Below are positions 34,801 to 47,900 of a stretch of DNA of 64,000 nt, piece by piece. The position numbers and the translations under genes were made by a program. The stretch comes from Macrostomum hystrix (lineage: Eukaryota; Animalia; Platyhelminthes). The notes under the pieces were generated by a model. It saw only the letters and a program-made list of their open reading frames with translations, was not told where the DNA came from and did no database searches. The stretch is taken from assembly GCA_950097015.1 (NCBI GenBank), contig CATNEN010000008.1, forward strand, positions 2,666,001-2,730,000. The letters run 5' to 3'. Numbering within the stretch: the first letter of the stretch is position 1; each line of letters begins with the position of its first letter.

Positions 34801-36997
34801 AAAGCTGCAAGGCATGACTACCAAAGCTGCAAGGCATGACTACCAAAGCTGCAAGGGTTGACTACCAAAGCTGCAAGGCGTGACTACCAAATCTGCAAGG
34901 CGTGACTACCAAAGCTGCAAGGCATGACTACCAAAGCTGCAAGGCGTGACTACCAAAGCTGCAAGGCATGACTACCAAAGCTGCAAGGCATGACTACCAA
35001 AGCTGCAAGGCATGACTACCAAAGCTGCAAGGCATGACTACCAAAGCTGCAAGGCATGACTACCAAAGCTGCAAGGCATGACTACCAAAGCTGCAAGGGT
35101 TGACTACCAAAGCTGCAAGGCATGACTACCAAAGCTGCAAGGCATGACTACCAAAGCTGCAAGGCATGACTACCAAAGCTGCAAGGCATGACTACCAAAG
35201 CTGCAAGGGTTGACTACCAAAGCTGCAAGGCGTGACTACCAAAGCTGCAAGGCATGACTACCAAAGCTGCAAGGCGTGACTACCAAATCTGCAAGGCGTG
35301 ACTACCAAAGCTGCAAGGCGTGACTACCAAAGCTGCAAGGCGTGACTACCAAATCTGCAAGGCGTGACTACCAAAGCTGCAAGGCATGACTACCAAAGCT
35401 GCAAGGCGTGACTACCAAAGCTGCAAGGCGTGACTACCAAAGCTGCAAGGCGTGACTACCAAAGCTGCAAGGCGTGACTACCAAAGCTGCAAGGCGTGAC
35501 TACCAAAGCTGCAAGGCGTGACTACCAAAGCTGCAAGGCATGACTACCAAAGCTGCAAGGCGTGACTACCAAAGCTGCAAGGCGTGACTACCAAAGCTGC
35601 AAGGCATGACTACCAAAGCTGCAAGGCATGACTACCAAAGCTGCAAGGCGTGACTACCAAAGCTGCAAGGCATGACTACCAAAGCTGCAAGGCGTGACTA
35701 CCAAAGCTGCAAGGCGTGACTACCAAAGCTGCAAGGCATGACTACCAAAGCTGCAAGGCATGACTACCAAAGCTGCAAGGCGTGACTACCAAAGCTGCAA
35801 GGCGTGACTACCAAAGCTGCAAGGCGTGACTACCAAAGCTGCAAGGCGTGACTACCAAAGCTGCAAGGCATGACTACCAAAGCTGCAAGGCGTGACTACC
35901 AAAGCTGCAAGGCATGACTACCAAAGCTGCAAGGCATGACTACCAAAGCTGCAAGGCGTGACTACCAAAGCTGCAAGGCGTGACTACCAAAGCTGCAAGG
36001 CATGACTACCAAAGCTGCAAGGCGTGACTACCAAAGCTGCAAGGCGTGACTACCAAAGCTGCAAGGCGTGACTACCAAAGCTGCAAGGCGTGACTACCAA
36101 AGCTGCAAGGCGTGACTACCAAAGCTGCAAGGCATGACTACCAAAGCTGCAAGGCGTGACTACCAAAGCTGCAAGGCATGACTACCAAAGCTGCAAGGCA
36201 TGACTACCAAAGCAGCAAGGCATGACTACCAAAGCTGCAAGGCATGACTACCAAAGCTGCAAGGCATGACTACCAAAGCTGCAAGGCATGACTACCAAAG
36301 CTGCAAGGCATGACTACCAAAGCTGCAAGGCGTGACTACCAAAGCTGCAAGGCGTGACTACCAAAGCTGCAAGGCATGACTACCAAAGCTGCAAGGCATG
36401 ACTACCAAAGCTGCAAGGCGTGACTACCAAAGCTGCAAGGCGTGACTACCAAAGCTGCAAGGCATGACTACCAAAGCTGCAAGGCGTGACTACCAAAGCT
36501 GCAAGGCATGACTACCAAAGCTGCAAGGCATGACTACCAAAGCTGCAAGGCATGACTACCAAAGCAGCAAGGCATGACTACCAAAGCTGCAAGGCATGAC
36601 TACCAAAGCTGCAAGGCATGACTACCAAAGCTGCAAGGCATGACTACCAAAGCTGCAAGGCATGACTACCAAAGCTGCAAGGCGTGACTACCAAAGCTGC
36701 AAGGCATGACTACCAAAGCTGCAAGGCATGACTACCAAAGCTGCAAGGCATGACTACCAAAGCTGCAAGGCATGACTACCAAAGCTGCAAGGCGTGACTA
36801 CCAAAGCTGCAAGGCGTGACTACCAAAGCTGCAAGGCATGACTACCAAAGCTGCAAGGCGTGACTACCAAAGCTGCAAGGCGTGACTACCAAAGCTGCAA
36901 GGCGTGACTACCAAAGCTGCAAGGCATGACTACCAAAGCTGCAAGGCATGACTACCAAAGCTGCAAGGCATGACTACCAAAGCTGCAAGGCGTGACT
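31890..36997. repeat. 5.1-kb satellite/minisatellite, 22-bp unit GACTACCAAAGCTGCAAGGC(A/G)T, about 230 copies
   Basis: Directly visible; intergenic between the zinc-finger gene and TENT5. Confidence 0.99.
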
Positions 36998-38460
36998 GCA
37001 AATGCCATAAGGGATAAGTAACAAATTTTATCCGAAAGTACATAGTTACTGTAGTAATTTCCTTGATTAGAAAGGTGACTATGACTGTTCTAATGTCCTG
37101 ATAACTCTTAACTTTTTGCTTAGAAAGGTGACTCATTACAATTATCAGTTACCTGTACTCGAATCTATTTTTAATCCTTTAGCGTTCGATTGAGCATCTA
37201 AATTCAGCTTTGGCAACGCGCAAGTTTCATCAAAAAGTCCTGCCCCGTTGGCCTCTATTTACTGTCTCATCCAAAAATAAAGGATCCGATGTTAAAAATA
37301 GCCCCCCTTAGTCAAATTTAGCCTGCGGGAATAGTTAAAAATAGATTTACAAATATGGCCATTGGGATTTGGGAGAGAGCGGACCCTGAGTTGAGGAGTG
37401 CGAAAATGCCAGCCATCCACAGTGCCAGAGTCCGCCCCGCATCCTCCCACGCACTGCTCAGGGTTGCTCAGGGTGGAAGGAAGATCGCTACAGACTATGA
37501 GTCGGGAATCCGGTTGCTAAGCCTGAAGGATTTCTAATCACGCAGGGAGCTGCAGGTCAACTCTAAGTATAGAAACGCGCGGAAGGGGGGATGGAATGAA
37601 GAGGAAAACGATAAATATTAAAATCCCCTTTTCGAAGCCTTAACAGCTCCTTTTACTCTAGCAAAGAGCTCATTAGAATGGCGAAGGTTATTGCTGAGCT
37701 ACTGAGGCCTAAAAATAGCTGCCACCCAAGCTCCAATATTGGCAATTCGCCAAGCCCCAGACTCCCACGCTGAGCTACTCGCATCCGCTGTCGGTTCGGA
37801 TCGATAACTTCTTTTTTTAGACCCCCCTTTAAGTGAGGCTGCCTTGGGATTTTCCTCCCCACTGCACCGTCGACTCTCGATGTCGTTTCTCTTCCCACCG
37901 CCCACCCAGTCAGGCCTTTTCATTCATTCGACTGTGCAGCTTCAAGTCAAAAAGGGAAGAAAGAGGTCGGTCTGGGCTCAGAGTTTCAAAATGGTTAGAG
38001 CAGGGTGGCAGCCCGTTTCCATGCCGCTCGCTATTTTCCTCTACAGAGCCATTTTTAAACTTCTGCGAGCCTTCTTCTCCCGTACTCATTGCCATTTACT
38101 GTTTGCGCTTGGTGTGGAACTTTAGAGACTAACTCTACTCCATTATCTGAGTGGGAATAAAGTGAAAAATAGGCATAGGCATAGAGGCTAGATCGGAACC
38201 CAGACGAAATTGTTTTTGTGCTACTGTCAGCACGGCGCATTTTCAAACATTTAAACCAGAAAATCACTTGACGTTTTTTGCAGTATCAAACACCAAATCT
38301 CTCACTTCGATTCATTCAAGCCAATCTCGAAATTTTGGGGTGGTGGGCGTTCGCCAGCCTTCTCTATTGGATGGCTGGAATGAGGTGGGGACAAGTGTAC
38401 ATTGAATCAAAAATAGCCCTGCCCCGCGGGGGCTGGGCGAAGGGGTGGGGAGGTTTGGCT

Positions 38461-38468
38461 TATAAATA
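38461..38468 (+). promoter_or_regulatory. Candidate TATA box (TATAAATA) of TENT5, with upstream G/C-rich boxes and a CCAAT near 38320
   Basis: Consensus match about 215 bp upstream of the TENT5 ATG; no transcript evidence. Confidence 0.35.
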
Positions 38469-38676
38469 TAGCAGACTAACTCTGGCCTTGGCCTTCAGAG
38501 CTCAAGCATTTGCACTAGCACGGCAAGCTTTCATTGTTGAGCAAATTTTTCACTAGCCACCGATCGCGAGTAAATTAAGAAGCGAGTAGCATTTTATTCG
38601 CAGTCGCTACAACTACTAAACAAGAATAATAGCAGATTGCCAGCAGCGCTTTGAAAAGACTTGGCTTTCCGCAACC

Positions 38677-41600
38677 ATGACAAGCTGCACAGCCGATAAC
38701 AATAACAACAGCATCAGCATGAAGCGGAGCGAGGCCGACAAGGAGAGTGCATGCAGCAGCGGCAGCAACAACAGCGGCAGCCGGTACAATGTCCTGTGCT
38801 ACGAGCAGGTGCTGCAGCTGCATCACTTCATGGAGCAGGAGATCGCCATTCACGGTCGGGGCGGCTGTCCGCCGGTGCGGCTGACCATGAAGGATTGGGT
38901 TCAGCGAGTGCGCACTCGCCTGGAAGCTGACGGCGTTGCTGTGCGCGATGTTCGGCTGAACGGCGGAGGGGCCTCCTACGTCATCGGTGAGAGTCGCAAT
39001 CTATGCTTTTCTTATCGCTAAATGGAAATTTTTATTTAGGATAAATTGTGTACTCAATGTTTACTTATATTTTTAACAAATTATCTTTATATATAATTCC
39101 ATATATAGCAAGAAACAGGCGTAAAGCTCGGCTAATTCTTATATTGATGAGACGTTGTTCTGAAGAACTTATTGAATAACTAATTGGAAAGTTTAATTAA
39201 ACTGTTTCCTTCTGCAGGTGTGAAAACGGTTTATACTTCAGAGATAATTAGCTACTTTTTATTTTCTACCTCCTCTTAGACTGAAGGTTTAAAATATCTG
39301 AAGGTAGATAATCGGGGCCAGTTAACTTAATTAAGACAATTAAAACCATCATGTCGGGTTAAGCTGATTGTGTTGACACCGTAATAGTACACCGACTATC
39401 TAGAGCAAGAATAGGCTCCACTAGCAAATTTAGTAGGGAAAAACATCTAGAACCTGATTAAAATGAGGTCTTCGTAACTTCAAGAATGTCAACAGTCTCA
39501 ACGGTATTGTTTAGTGTTGATAACATTTTCAGTGTATTCTTTCAAAAATAGTAGTCAGAACTGAACCTGGAAACGCGTGCCTCAGGTCCAGCCTGCACGA
39601 ACTAGAGCTCTAATCTGTGAGATATCTTTGAAAGCCGAAAGGCTCTGAGCAGCACCCCATTGTCCCGGCTCACGGCCACGAGCGAGCACACTATAGCAGA
39701 ACTGGCAGAACAATAGTTTCCTTTCATGCGCTTGGCCGCCTCGAGCTTCAATGGCACGAGGTCGAGCAGACCCTGCGGTAGGATGAAGGTACTGTCCATT
39801 CTGTCTTCTGTATACCATAGGTGTGGCTAAGATAAACAGCCAGATAGAAGAGGAGGACAGACAATTGTAGAAAGATTTTGGCGACATTGACCTAGCCTGT
39901 GCTGTAGTTTACGTTGGCCTCATCTTCCATGCTCAGCTTGATTGCTCAGCCTCCCAAACCTCATTAGATAGAGTTGTGTAAATGAAGAAACATTTATGTA
40001 GAACATTTTTCTCTGTAGTCTTCTCTACTTTTCCTTTCCTTTCCACATATTCGTCTTTTTTATTTCTATTCTTGTCTCTCCCAGCCTGGCCTCAGCGCGT
40101 GCTGGCTGCAAAACGTGCTGATGGCTTCTTATAACTTATAACAAGTGGACCAATGCATCGGCTGTTATGTTTACATTCGGATATCTATTCATCTTACCTG
40201 TTTATTCATGCATGTTTTGTTGTCAGATTCTTGAGTTAGCTGTCCACAGACCCTTCCTCTGACCCTTCAGTTAGCTGTCCACAGACCCTTCCTCTGACCC
40301 TTCAGTTAGCTGTCCACAGACCATTCCTCTGATCCTCCAGTTAGCTGTCCACAGACCCTTCCTCTGACCCTCCAGTTAGCTGTCCACAGACCCTTCCTCT
40401 GACCCTTCAGTTAGATGTCCACAGACCATTCCTCTGATCCTCCAGTTAGCTGTCCACAGACCCTTCCTCTGACCCTCCAGTTAGCTGTCCACAGACCATT
40501 CCTCTGATCCTCCAGTTAGCTGTCCACAGACCCTTCCTCTGACCCTTCAGTTAGCTGTCCACAGACCAGTGCTAAATTATACTTCTGCTGCCATTTGTCT
40601 AACTCAAGCGCAGCTGCCTTTGATAGGTTGTTAAATCCAGGTGATAGCTTGCTTACTATCAAACTGTCAAATGGTTTCTTAATCTTTCCAGGGTTTGTGT
40701 TATATTATTATTTTTCGATAGCCGTCAGCAATGAATGCTATTTGAGAATAACTTCCCTGCCTTCTATATTTATTTGGTGCGCGCTATAGTATGCCTGCAC
40801 TTGCTAGCACTGGCTAGCTTGAATACGGGCCGCAGAGACGATTTGTTTCTGTTTACACAAATTGGTTTACCTTAGGCCGCATCCGACCAGCCCCGCTTGC
40901 AGTTTTGCTGCGGTCGGCACAATTCTTGTTTAACAAAACTGACAGACCCTGTAATCTGTAGAGTCTCACTGTCTGTGCGCACAGTGAGAGACACAGCGGG
41001 GCTTTGACTTTTCGGTTTTAGAGAGAGAGGAAAACAGATCGCTTGTGCAATATATGCAAGAGTACAGCCAAACTATTAAAGCTTACTCAGGTGGAGTGGA
41101 GTCCATACACTGACTTCTGTCTCCTCTTATCTTGATTGCTTATATACGCTTACATATGTATGAGCGTGTTGCTTTCATATGTGAGTTAAATATTTGTTCT
41201 AAATAAGCAGACTAGAAGCCATTGTTTTTTGCATCTAATTGTAGCTTCTCTATAAAATTCTTATTACTCGTATTTCTATGAACAGAAAACTGATATTCTT
41301 CCTATCAATGTATAGCTGGCACTTCTGACGCGGCAGTTTTAAAGAAAAAACCACCGAGGCAGTTAAAACTACTGGTTGCTAATGTTGGGATTAGATCGAT
41401 AATTCTTCCCACCAGAGCGTTGTGTCGGGGGGGGGGAGTGGCCAAAAACCGTGCTTCTTTTCTAAAGAGCCCGGAAGATAGTGTAGAAGTACATTATGGT
41501 AGATTATTAAACGGGAGCGCCCTCTCTGTCTGTTATTTGTCTTTCCCCGAAGCAGGCAGTGATTCTTTGTTAACTACACGTATTGGCATGTGTTTTGATT

Positions 41601-43659
41601 CTCACACGGAAGTGTGTCCTCTCTCGCCCAATGCAACCGAATGATAAGGAATGAAATCCCAATCGTAGCCGAAACAAAAAACGCCCACGCGCAACATTTT
41701 TTTGTCAAAGAATTGGAAGATTATTAGCTGCAGAAGATTGTATGTGGTTGTGGCAGCATGTACAGCTGCTAGCTTGTGCTTGTATCATGCTGTCAAATGC
41801 AGGCTAAATATATTTTAGTTTTCAGATCTATTACAGCTGTTCAGTCCTCCTCAGCCAGTCATAGAATAGGAAGCATGAGCTGGGGTAGAAATTTGGGTGG
41901 GTGGCCCCCCAGTCCATGGACTGAACAGCTGTACGCAAAGCCTTAAGAAGCTCCACTGGGTGCACATTTGGCTGCAATAAGAAAAGCATTTGTTGTATTT
42001 TTAGGATTTTCAGAGGCGAATACACAATTCTAGGTACATTTTTCTCCCATTTCCCACCAGGCATGGACGAGTATCCGACTTACAACGACCTCGACTTGCT
42101 GTTTGGCGTCGACCTCAGCTCGCGAGACACCATCGAAATTATTAGACGCACGGTTCTGGAGTGCCTGCATTCCTTCCTTACCTCGTCATCGAAGGAGGAG
42201 GCCAAGGAAGAAGAGACTAAGCAACAGAAGCAGCAGCAGCAGCAGCAGCAGCAGGTGCTGCAGATGATGGAGGCTTACGTGAGCAAGCAGGCTAGAATCG
42301 ATCACGCGGACAGCTGGTTCCTTCTCAGCCTGGGCAGCCAGGACGGACTCACCGTCGAGCTCAAATTTGTCGACCATATGCGGCGCCAATTTGAGTTCAC
42401 CGTGGACAGCTTCCAGATCATCCTGGACTCGCTGATCACCTTCTACCAGGTGCAGCCGGCCTCCAGCTCAATTAGTAGGCACTTTTATCCCACCGTAGTT
42501 GCCGAGGCTGCTAGCGGCTGCTTTGAGGAGGCCTTCGGCCATCTGCAACGGCGCGAGATCTGCACCCGTAATCCTGAGCAGATCCGCGGCGGCGGCCTAC
42601 TCAAGTACTGCAAGCTGCTGGTCCAGGGCTACCTGCCTACGAACGGCCTTGACGTGCCGCACCTAGAGAAGTACATGTGCTCCAGGTTCTTCATCGACTT
42701 TCCGGATGCCAGGCAGCAGCGGGTCAAGATTGAGTCCTATTTGGCGGCGCACTTTCCGCCGGCCTATGCTCAGCTGAGGACCCTGTACCTTCAGGTGAGC
42801 GCAGCCTGGACAGATTGGGAATATTGCATGCGGATTTAAAAACCAATAGGGATTTCATGATCAATGGGGATTTCAGGATCATTGGGGATTACAGGATCAA
42901 TGGGTATTTCAGGATCAATGGGGATTTCAGGATCATTGGGGATTTCAGGATCATTGGGGATTTCAGGATCATTGGGGATATCAGTATCAATGGGGATTTC
43001 AGGATCAATGGGGATATCAGGATCAATGGGGATATCAGGATCATTGGGGATATCAGCATCAATGGGGATTTCAGGATCAATGGGGATTTCAGGATCATTG
43101 GGGATTTCAGGATCAATGGGGATTTCAGGATCAATGGGGATTTCAGGATCAATGTGGATTTCAGGATCAATGGGGATTTCAGGATCAATGGGGATATCAG
43201 GATCATTGGGGATATCAGTATCAATGGGGATTTCAGGATCAATGGGGATTTCAGGATCAATCGATAATTAATGTCTAAACCTTACTCTACTCACTACTTA
43301 AAATAATCCAGGTGCTAGCCGATGTCGTGTGCAACTCCACTGTGTGTCTGATGCAGCAGGAGCGACGCAGCGTGCTGTACCTTATCTCGGAGCTGCTGGC
43401 TCGCACCTACTTCGAAGCCGAAGCCGCCGCAGCCGCCGCAGCCGCTGCAGCCGCGGCTCCATCTGCCGGCGTTGCGCTCGAAGCCTTCAACACATCCGAT
43501 TGGGTTATCGACCAGGTGATCTACGGCACCGATCTATTTCCCACTATCAACTGCCTGGCCTCCCATAATGGCGCCACAATCTACACCACCACCTCATACG
43601 GCTGCACAACCAGCAGCCCGCCTCTGGTGGCAACCGCCGCCCTCACCGCAGCCGAATGA
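38677..43659 (+). CDS. TENT5: Terminal nucleotidyltransferase 5 (FAM46) cytoplasmic poly(A) polymerase, about 463 aa, 3 coding exons
   Basis: Exons 38677-38986, 42061-42794 and 43312-43659; GT-AG, in phase, 1392 nt. Family motifs NVLCYEQV, IHGRG, VRDVRLNGGGASYV, YNDLDLLF, VELKFVDHMRRQFEFTVDSFQI, TRNPEQIRGGGLLKYC, YMCSRFFIDF and STVCLMQQERR are all present. Confidence 0.96.
40234..40567. repeat. Intronic minisatellite, 35-bp unit AGTTAGCTGTCCACAGACCCTTCCTCTGACCCTTC, about 9.5 copies
   Basis: Directly visible; in TENT5 intron 1. Confidence 0.95.
42850..43261. repeat. Intronic minisatellite, 18-bp unit ATCAATGGGGATTTCAGG
   Basis: Directly visible; fills most of TENT5 intron 2; source of the INGDFR / MGISGS ORFs. 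Confidence 0.96.
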
Positions 43660-44844
43660 TCACGGCGGGCCTCCCAAACCGCCTCCCCGCCACAACAATA
43701 GTCCGACTGTGCATTCGAACTGGCCTCTTGTTAAACAGTTATAAATTAGGACCCAGTCACTCGCATTGCTAAGAGGTAGCTGGTACTTTGGTTTCAGGTC
43801 CCTCAAATCGCCCCATGTCACTTCGCGTCTTACTTAACGCTTGTAGCTTTGTGGTGCCGATTTTTTTTAGAAAACAGCAATGACCCTGGGTCTGCCGGTT
43901 TGCTGAATTTGTTTCTGTTTTTAGACAAAATTATTTTCTTTCAAAGATTCCTGTAATTTCTCTTTCAGCTTTACATAGGTATATATACATATTTATATAT
44001 TGAAAGTTGTAAATGAAAATTGAACAAAAAAAGCAATTCCTTCCGATCTTAAGATTTATTTCCGTTATCGTTGTTCTTTTTTGTTATGCTTCCCGGCTGT
44101 ATTCAGTGGACTTTGCAGTAAATTAGTTGTGCAATTCGTCATAAACCTCACAGTTTATGATTTCATTCGCTCATTCCTTTAATCGCGGTTCGGTTTGTAA
44201 AATAACAAACTTTTCTGATCACGTCTCCATTGTAATTATTGAACATCCAGGCTGCGGCTTTGCATTACAACTTTGTTATAACGATATGTTTTGACACTAA
44301 ATTTAAATGAATTTCTGCTGATTAAAATTCCGTTGTAAAAAACAATGAATTGTGAATGCATCTGCTGGACGTGATTGTCGGATCATTTTAACAATACTGT
44401 TACTGAATATTCTCATTGCATTTTTTTCATTGCAGAAAAACTCAAAAATTTGGCTTTTAGCGCGTGTTTCAGAGAGAAAAAACACGACAAAAATTAAACA
44501 GTTTTTTGGTTTGTCTGTTTCTATTTTTGTCAGTTCTCTTCTTTGTGCCTGCATTGTTGTTCATGGTAATTTGTAACGGTATTGTTGTTGTTCATAATTT
44601 CACTGTCACTGCATAGCAGACTCGTCAAACTATATAAGGCGCGTATTATGAAATTGTAGCTAGGCATTAATTAAAGAAATGGACAGTTAGGTTTCTTTTC
44701 TGATCTACGTATTTAAATATTGTTATCGATGCAAAGTTATTTTTGTTCCGAATGTTATAAATATATTTAAGCGCTTGCTATAACAAAAAACTTTTTCTCT
44801 TTATTTCCGTACTCTGTAAGCGGAACAAGTCAAAAAGTGTAAGA

Positions 44845-45605
44845 ATGACAGTCTGAAAGTGTGGGAATGACAGTCTGACAGTGTGGGAATGACAGTCTGA
44901 CAGTGTGGGAATGACAGTCTGGCAGTGTGGGAATGACAGTCTGACAGTGTGGGAATGACAGTCTGACAGTGTGGGAATGACAGTCTGACAGTGTGGGAAT
45001 GACAGTCTGACAGTGTGGGAATGACAGTCTGCCAGTGTGGGAATGACAGTCTGACAGTGTGGGAATGACAGTGTGACAGTGTGGGAATGACAGTCTGACA
45101 GTGTGGGAATGACAGTCTGACAGTGTGGGAATGACAGTGTGACAGTGTGGGAATGACAGTCTGACAGTGTGGGAATGACAGTGTGACAGTGTGGGAATGA
45201 CAGTCTGACAGTGTGGGAATGACAGTCTGGCAGTGTGGGAATGACAGTCTGACAGTGTGGGAATGACAGTCTGGCAGTGTGACAGTTTGAGCATGACAGT
45301 ATGACAGTGTGACAGTGTCTTGGGAATGACAGTCTGGCAGTGTGACAGTTTGAGCATGACAGTATGACAGTGTGACAGTGTCTTGGGAATGACAGTCTGG
45401 CAGTGTGACAGTTTGAGCATGACAGTATGACAGTGTGACAGTGTCTTGGGAATGACAGTCTGACAGTGTGGGAATGACAGTCTGGCAGTGTGACAGTTTG
45501 AGCATGACAGTATGACAGTGTGACAGTGTCTTGGGAATGACAGTCTGGCAGTGTGACAGTTTGAGCATGACAGTATGACAGTGTGACAGTGTCTTGGGAA
45601 TGACG
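44845..45605. repeat. Compound minisatellite built on TGACAGTN: a 22-bp unit switching to a 63-bp unit
   Basis: TGACAGTGTGGGAATGACAGTC repeats up to about 45270, followed by a 63-bp composite unit. Confidence 0.95.
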
Positions 45606-46055
45606 GTGTTGGAATGACTTATTTTATTGCACTCGCAATCAACAGCAATCAACAAAACGAAAATCGCATTCGAAACATTGGAGTTTGCACTCTAGTACAG
45701 TTAGTAATATTTATATTAGTACATATCCACTGCTGTTCAATTTAACTTAAGCAGTACAGTCGATGTCGCAGTTAAGAACGAGTAAAATTGTATAGCATTT
45801 GGATAAAATATGATAGCGTACATTTTTTCTGCCAATAGTCGATTAGATATCAGTCTAGACTCCACAGTGGTGAATGTAATAATTAATCTATTTTTAGGCA
45901 TGACCTGGTTCGTTGTACAAAGTTCTTTTTTAGATTTTCGCTTTTGCAGGATTTATTTGTCTTTCTACTAGAAGGTCGCAAAAGAAACGATTTAAATGGT
46001 AAAAAAAGTATTAAAAATTTTCTTGGAATTGGCGAACTGCTGTGAAATTAAACAG

Positions 46056-47275
46056 CTGATCTACGAAAGCACTGAGTTGATCTACGAAAGCACTGAGTTG
46101 ATCTACGAAAGCACTGAGTTGATCTACTGAACTACTGAGTTGATCTACTGAAGTACTGAGTTGATCTACTAAAGCACTGAGTTGATCTACTAAAGCACTG
46201 AGTTGATCTACGAAAGCACTGAGTTGATCTACTAAAGCACTGAGTTGATCTACTGAACTACTGAGTTGATCTACTGAAGTACTGAGTTGATCTACTGAAG
46301 TACTGAGTTGATCTACTGAACTACTGAGTTGATCTACTGAACTACTGAGTTGATCTACTGAAGTACTGAGTTGATCTACTAAAGCACTGAGTTGATCTAC
46401 TAAAGCACTGAGTTGATCTACGAAAGCACTGAGTTGATCTACTAAAGCACTGAGTTGATCTACTGAACTACTGAGTTGATCTACTGAACTACTGAGTTGA
46501 TCTACTGAAGTACTGAGTTGATCTACTGAACTACGGAGTTGATCTACTGAACTACTGAGTTGATCTACTGAAGTACTGAGTTGATCTACTGAAGTACTGA
46601 GTTGATCTACTGAAGTACTGAGTTGATCTACTAAAGCACTGAGTTGATCTACTAAAGCATGAGTTGATCTACTGAAGCACTGAGTTGATCTACTGAACTA
46701 CTGAGTTGATCTACTGAACTACGGAGTTGATCTACTGAAGTACTGAGTTGATCTACTGAAGTACTGAGTTGATCTACTGAAGTACTGAGTTGATTTACTA
46801 AAGCACTGAGTTGATCTACTGAAGTACTGAGTTGATCTACTGAAGTACTGAGTTGATCTACTGAAGTACTGAGTTGATCTTCTGAAGTACTGAGTTGATC
46901 TACTGAAGTACTGAGTTGATCTACTGAAGCACTGAGTTGATCTACTAAAGCACTGAGTTGATCTACTGAAGTACTGAGTTGATCTATTGAAGTACTGAGT
47001 TGATCTATTGAAGTACTGAGTTGATCTACTGAAGCACTGAGTTGATCTACTGAAGCACTGAGTTGATCTACTAAAGCACTGAGTTGATCTACTGAAGTAC
47101 TGAGTTGATCTATTGAAATACTGAGTTGATCTACTGAAGTACTGAGTTGATCTACTGAAGCGCTGAGTTGATCTACTGAAGTGCTGAGGGTTAACAGCTG
47201 ATCTACTGAAGTGCTGAGGGTTAACAGCTGATCTACTGAAGTGCTGAGGGTTAACAGCTGATCTACCGAAGCACT
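46056..47275. repeat. Minisatellite, 21-bp unit CTGAGTTGATCTACTGAAGTA, ending in 27-bp variants
   Basis: Directly visible; source of the STSVDQL ORF. Confidence 0.97.
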
Positions 47276-47759
47276 GAGGAGTGCAAACAAGCTTACAGAA
47301 GTAGCGCAAGGTAGAACAGCTGGGCACACATTTGGTGTTCCAACAAAGTGAGTGTGGGGCATGTACGCCTGTAAGTCTGCGCACTTTTAAATATGGCATT
47401 GAAGAAATCCAACAAATTTTTTCGCACAAATTTTTGCACTTGAGTTCATTTTCTTGTTACTAGTTGACGAAGTGCAAAATCTGCAGCGATTCAACCAACC
47501 GGATGCAAAAGCTTCACAGAGTGGACGACTAATGCCGATTATTATTATTAATTGCTCAAATGCGGAAAATATTTTTTCATTCTTTTTCAGAATCCATTTG
47601 AATCCACTTACTGTCAAAAAAAAGCAAATTGCATTTTTATGAAGATTTTGTGATATAATGATGAGCCGAACTCAATGCGTGAAACTGGAGAGAATAGGCC
47701 CAAATTATTGTATCATTTTCGCGCGAGGCTTTTGACTGGGTTGTGTTAGTCTAGCACTG

Positions 47760-47900
47760 TGAGGGATCTATTGAGCACTGTGGATAATCTTTGAGCACTT
47801 TGAGTGATGTTTGAGCACTGTTAGTGATCTTTGAGCACTGTTTGTGATCTTTGAGCACTGTTAGTGATCTTTGAGCACTGTTAGTGATCTTTGAGCACTG
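47760..47900. repeat. Short minisatellite, 20-bp unit TTTGAGCACTGTTAGTGATC
   Basis: Directly visible, about 7 copies. Confidence 0.9.

Noticed and set aside
42815-47429. Repeat ORFs (INGDFR)n, (HCQTVIPTLS)n and (STSVDQL)n as structural or coiled-coil proteins
   Set aside because: They are open in several frames and both strands because the units lack stops. The first lies within a TENT5 intron defined by good splice sites.
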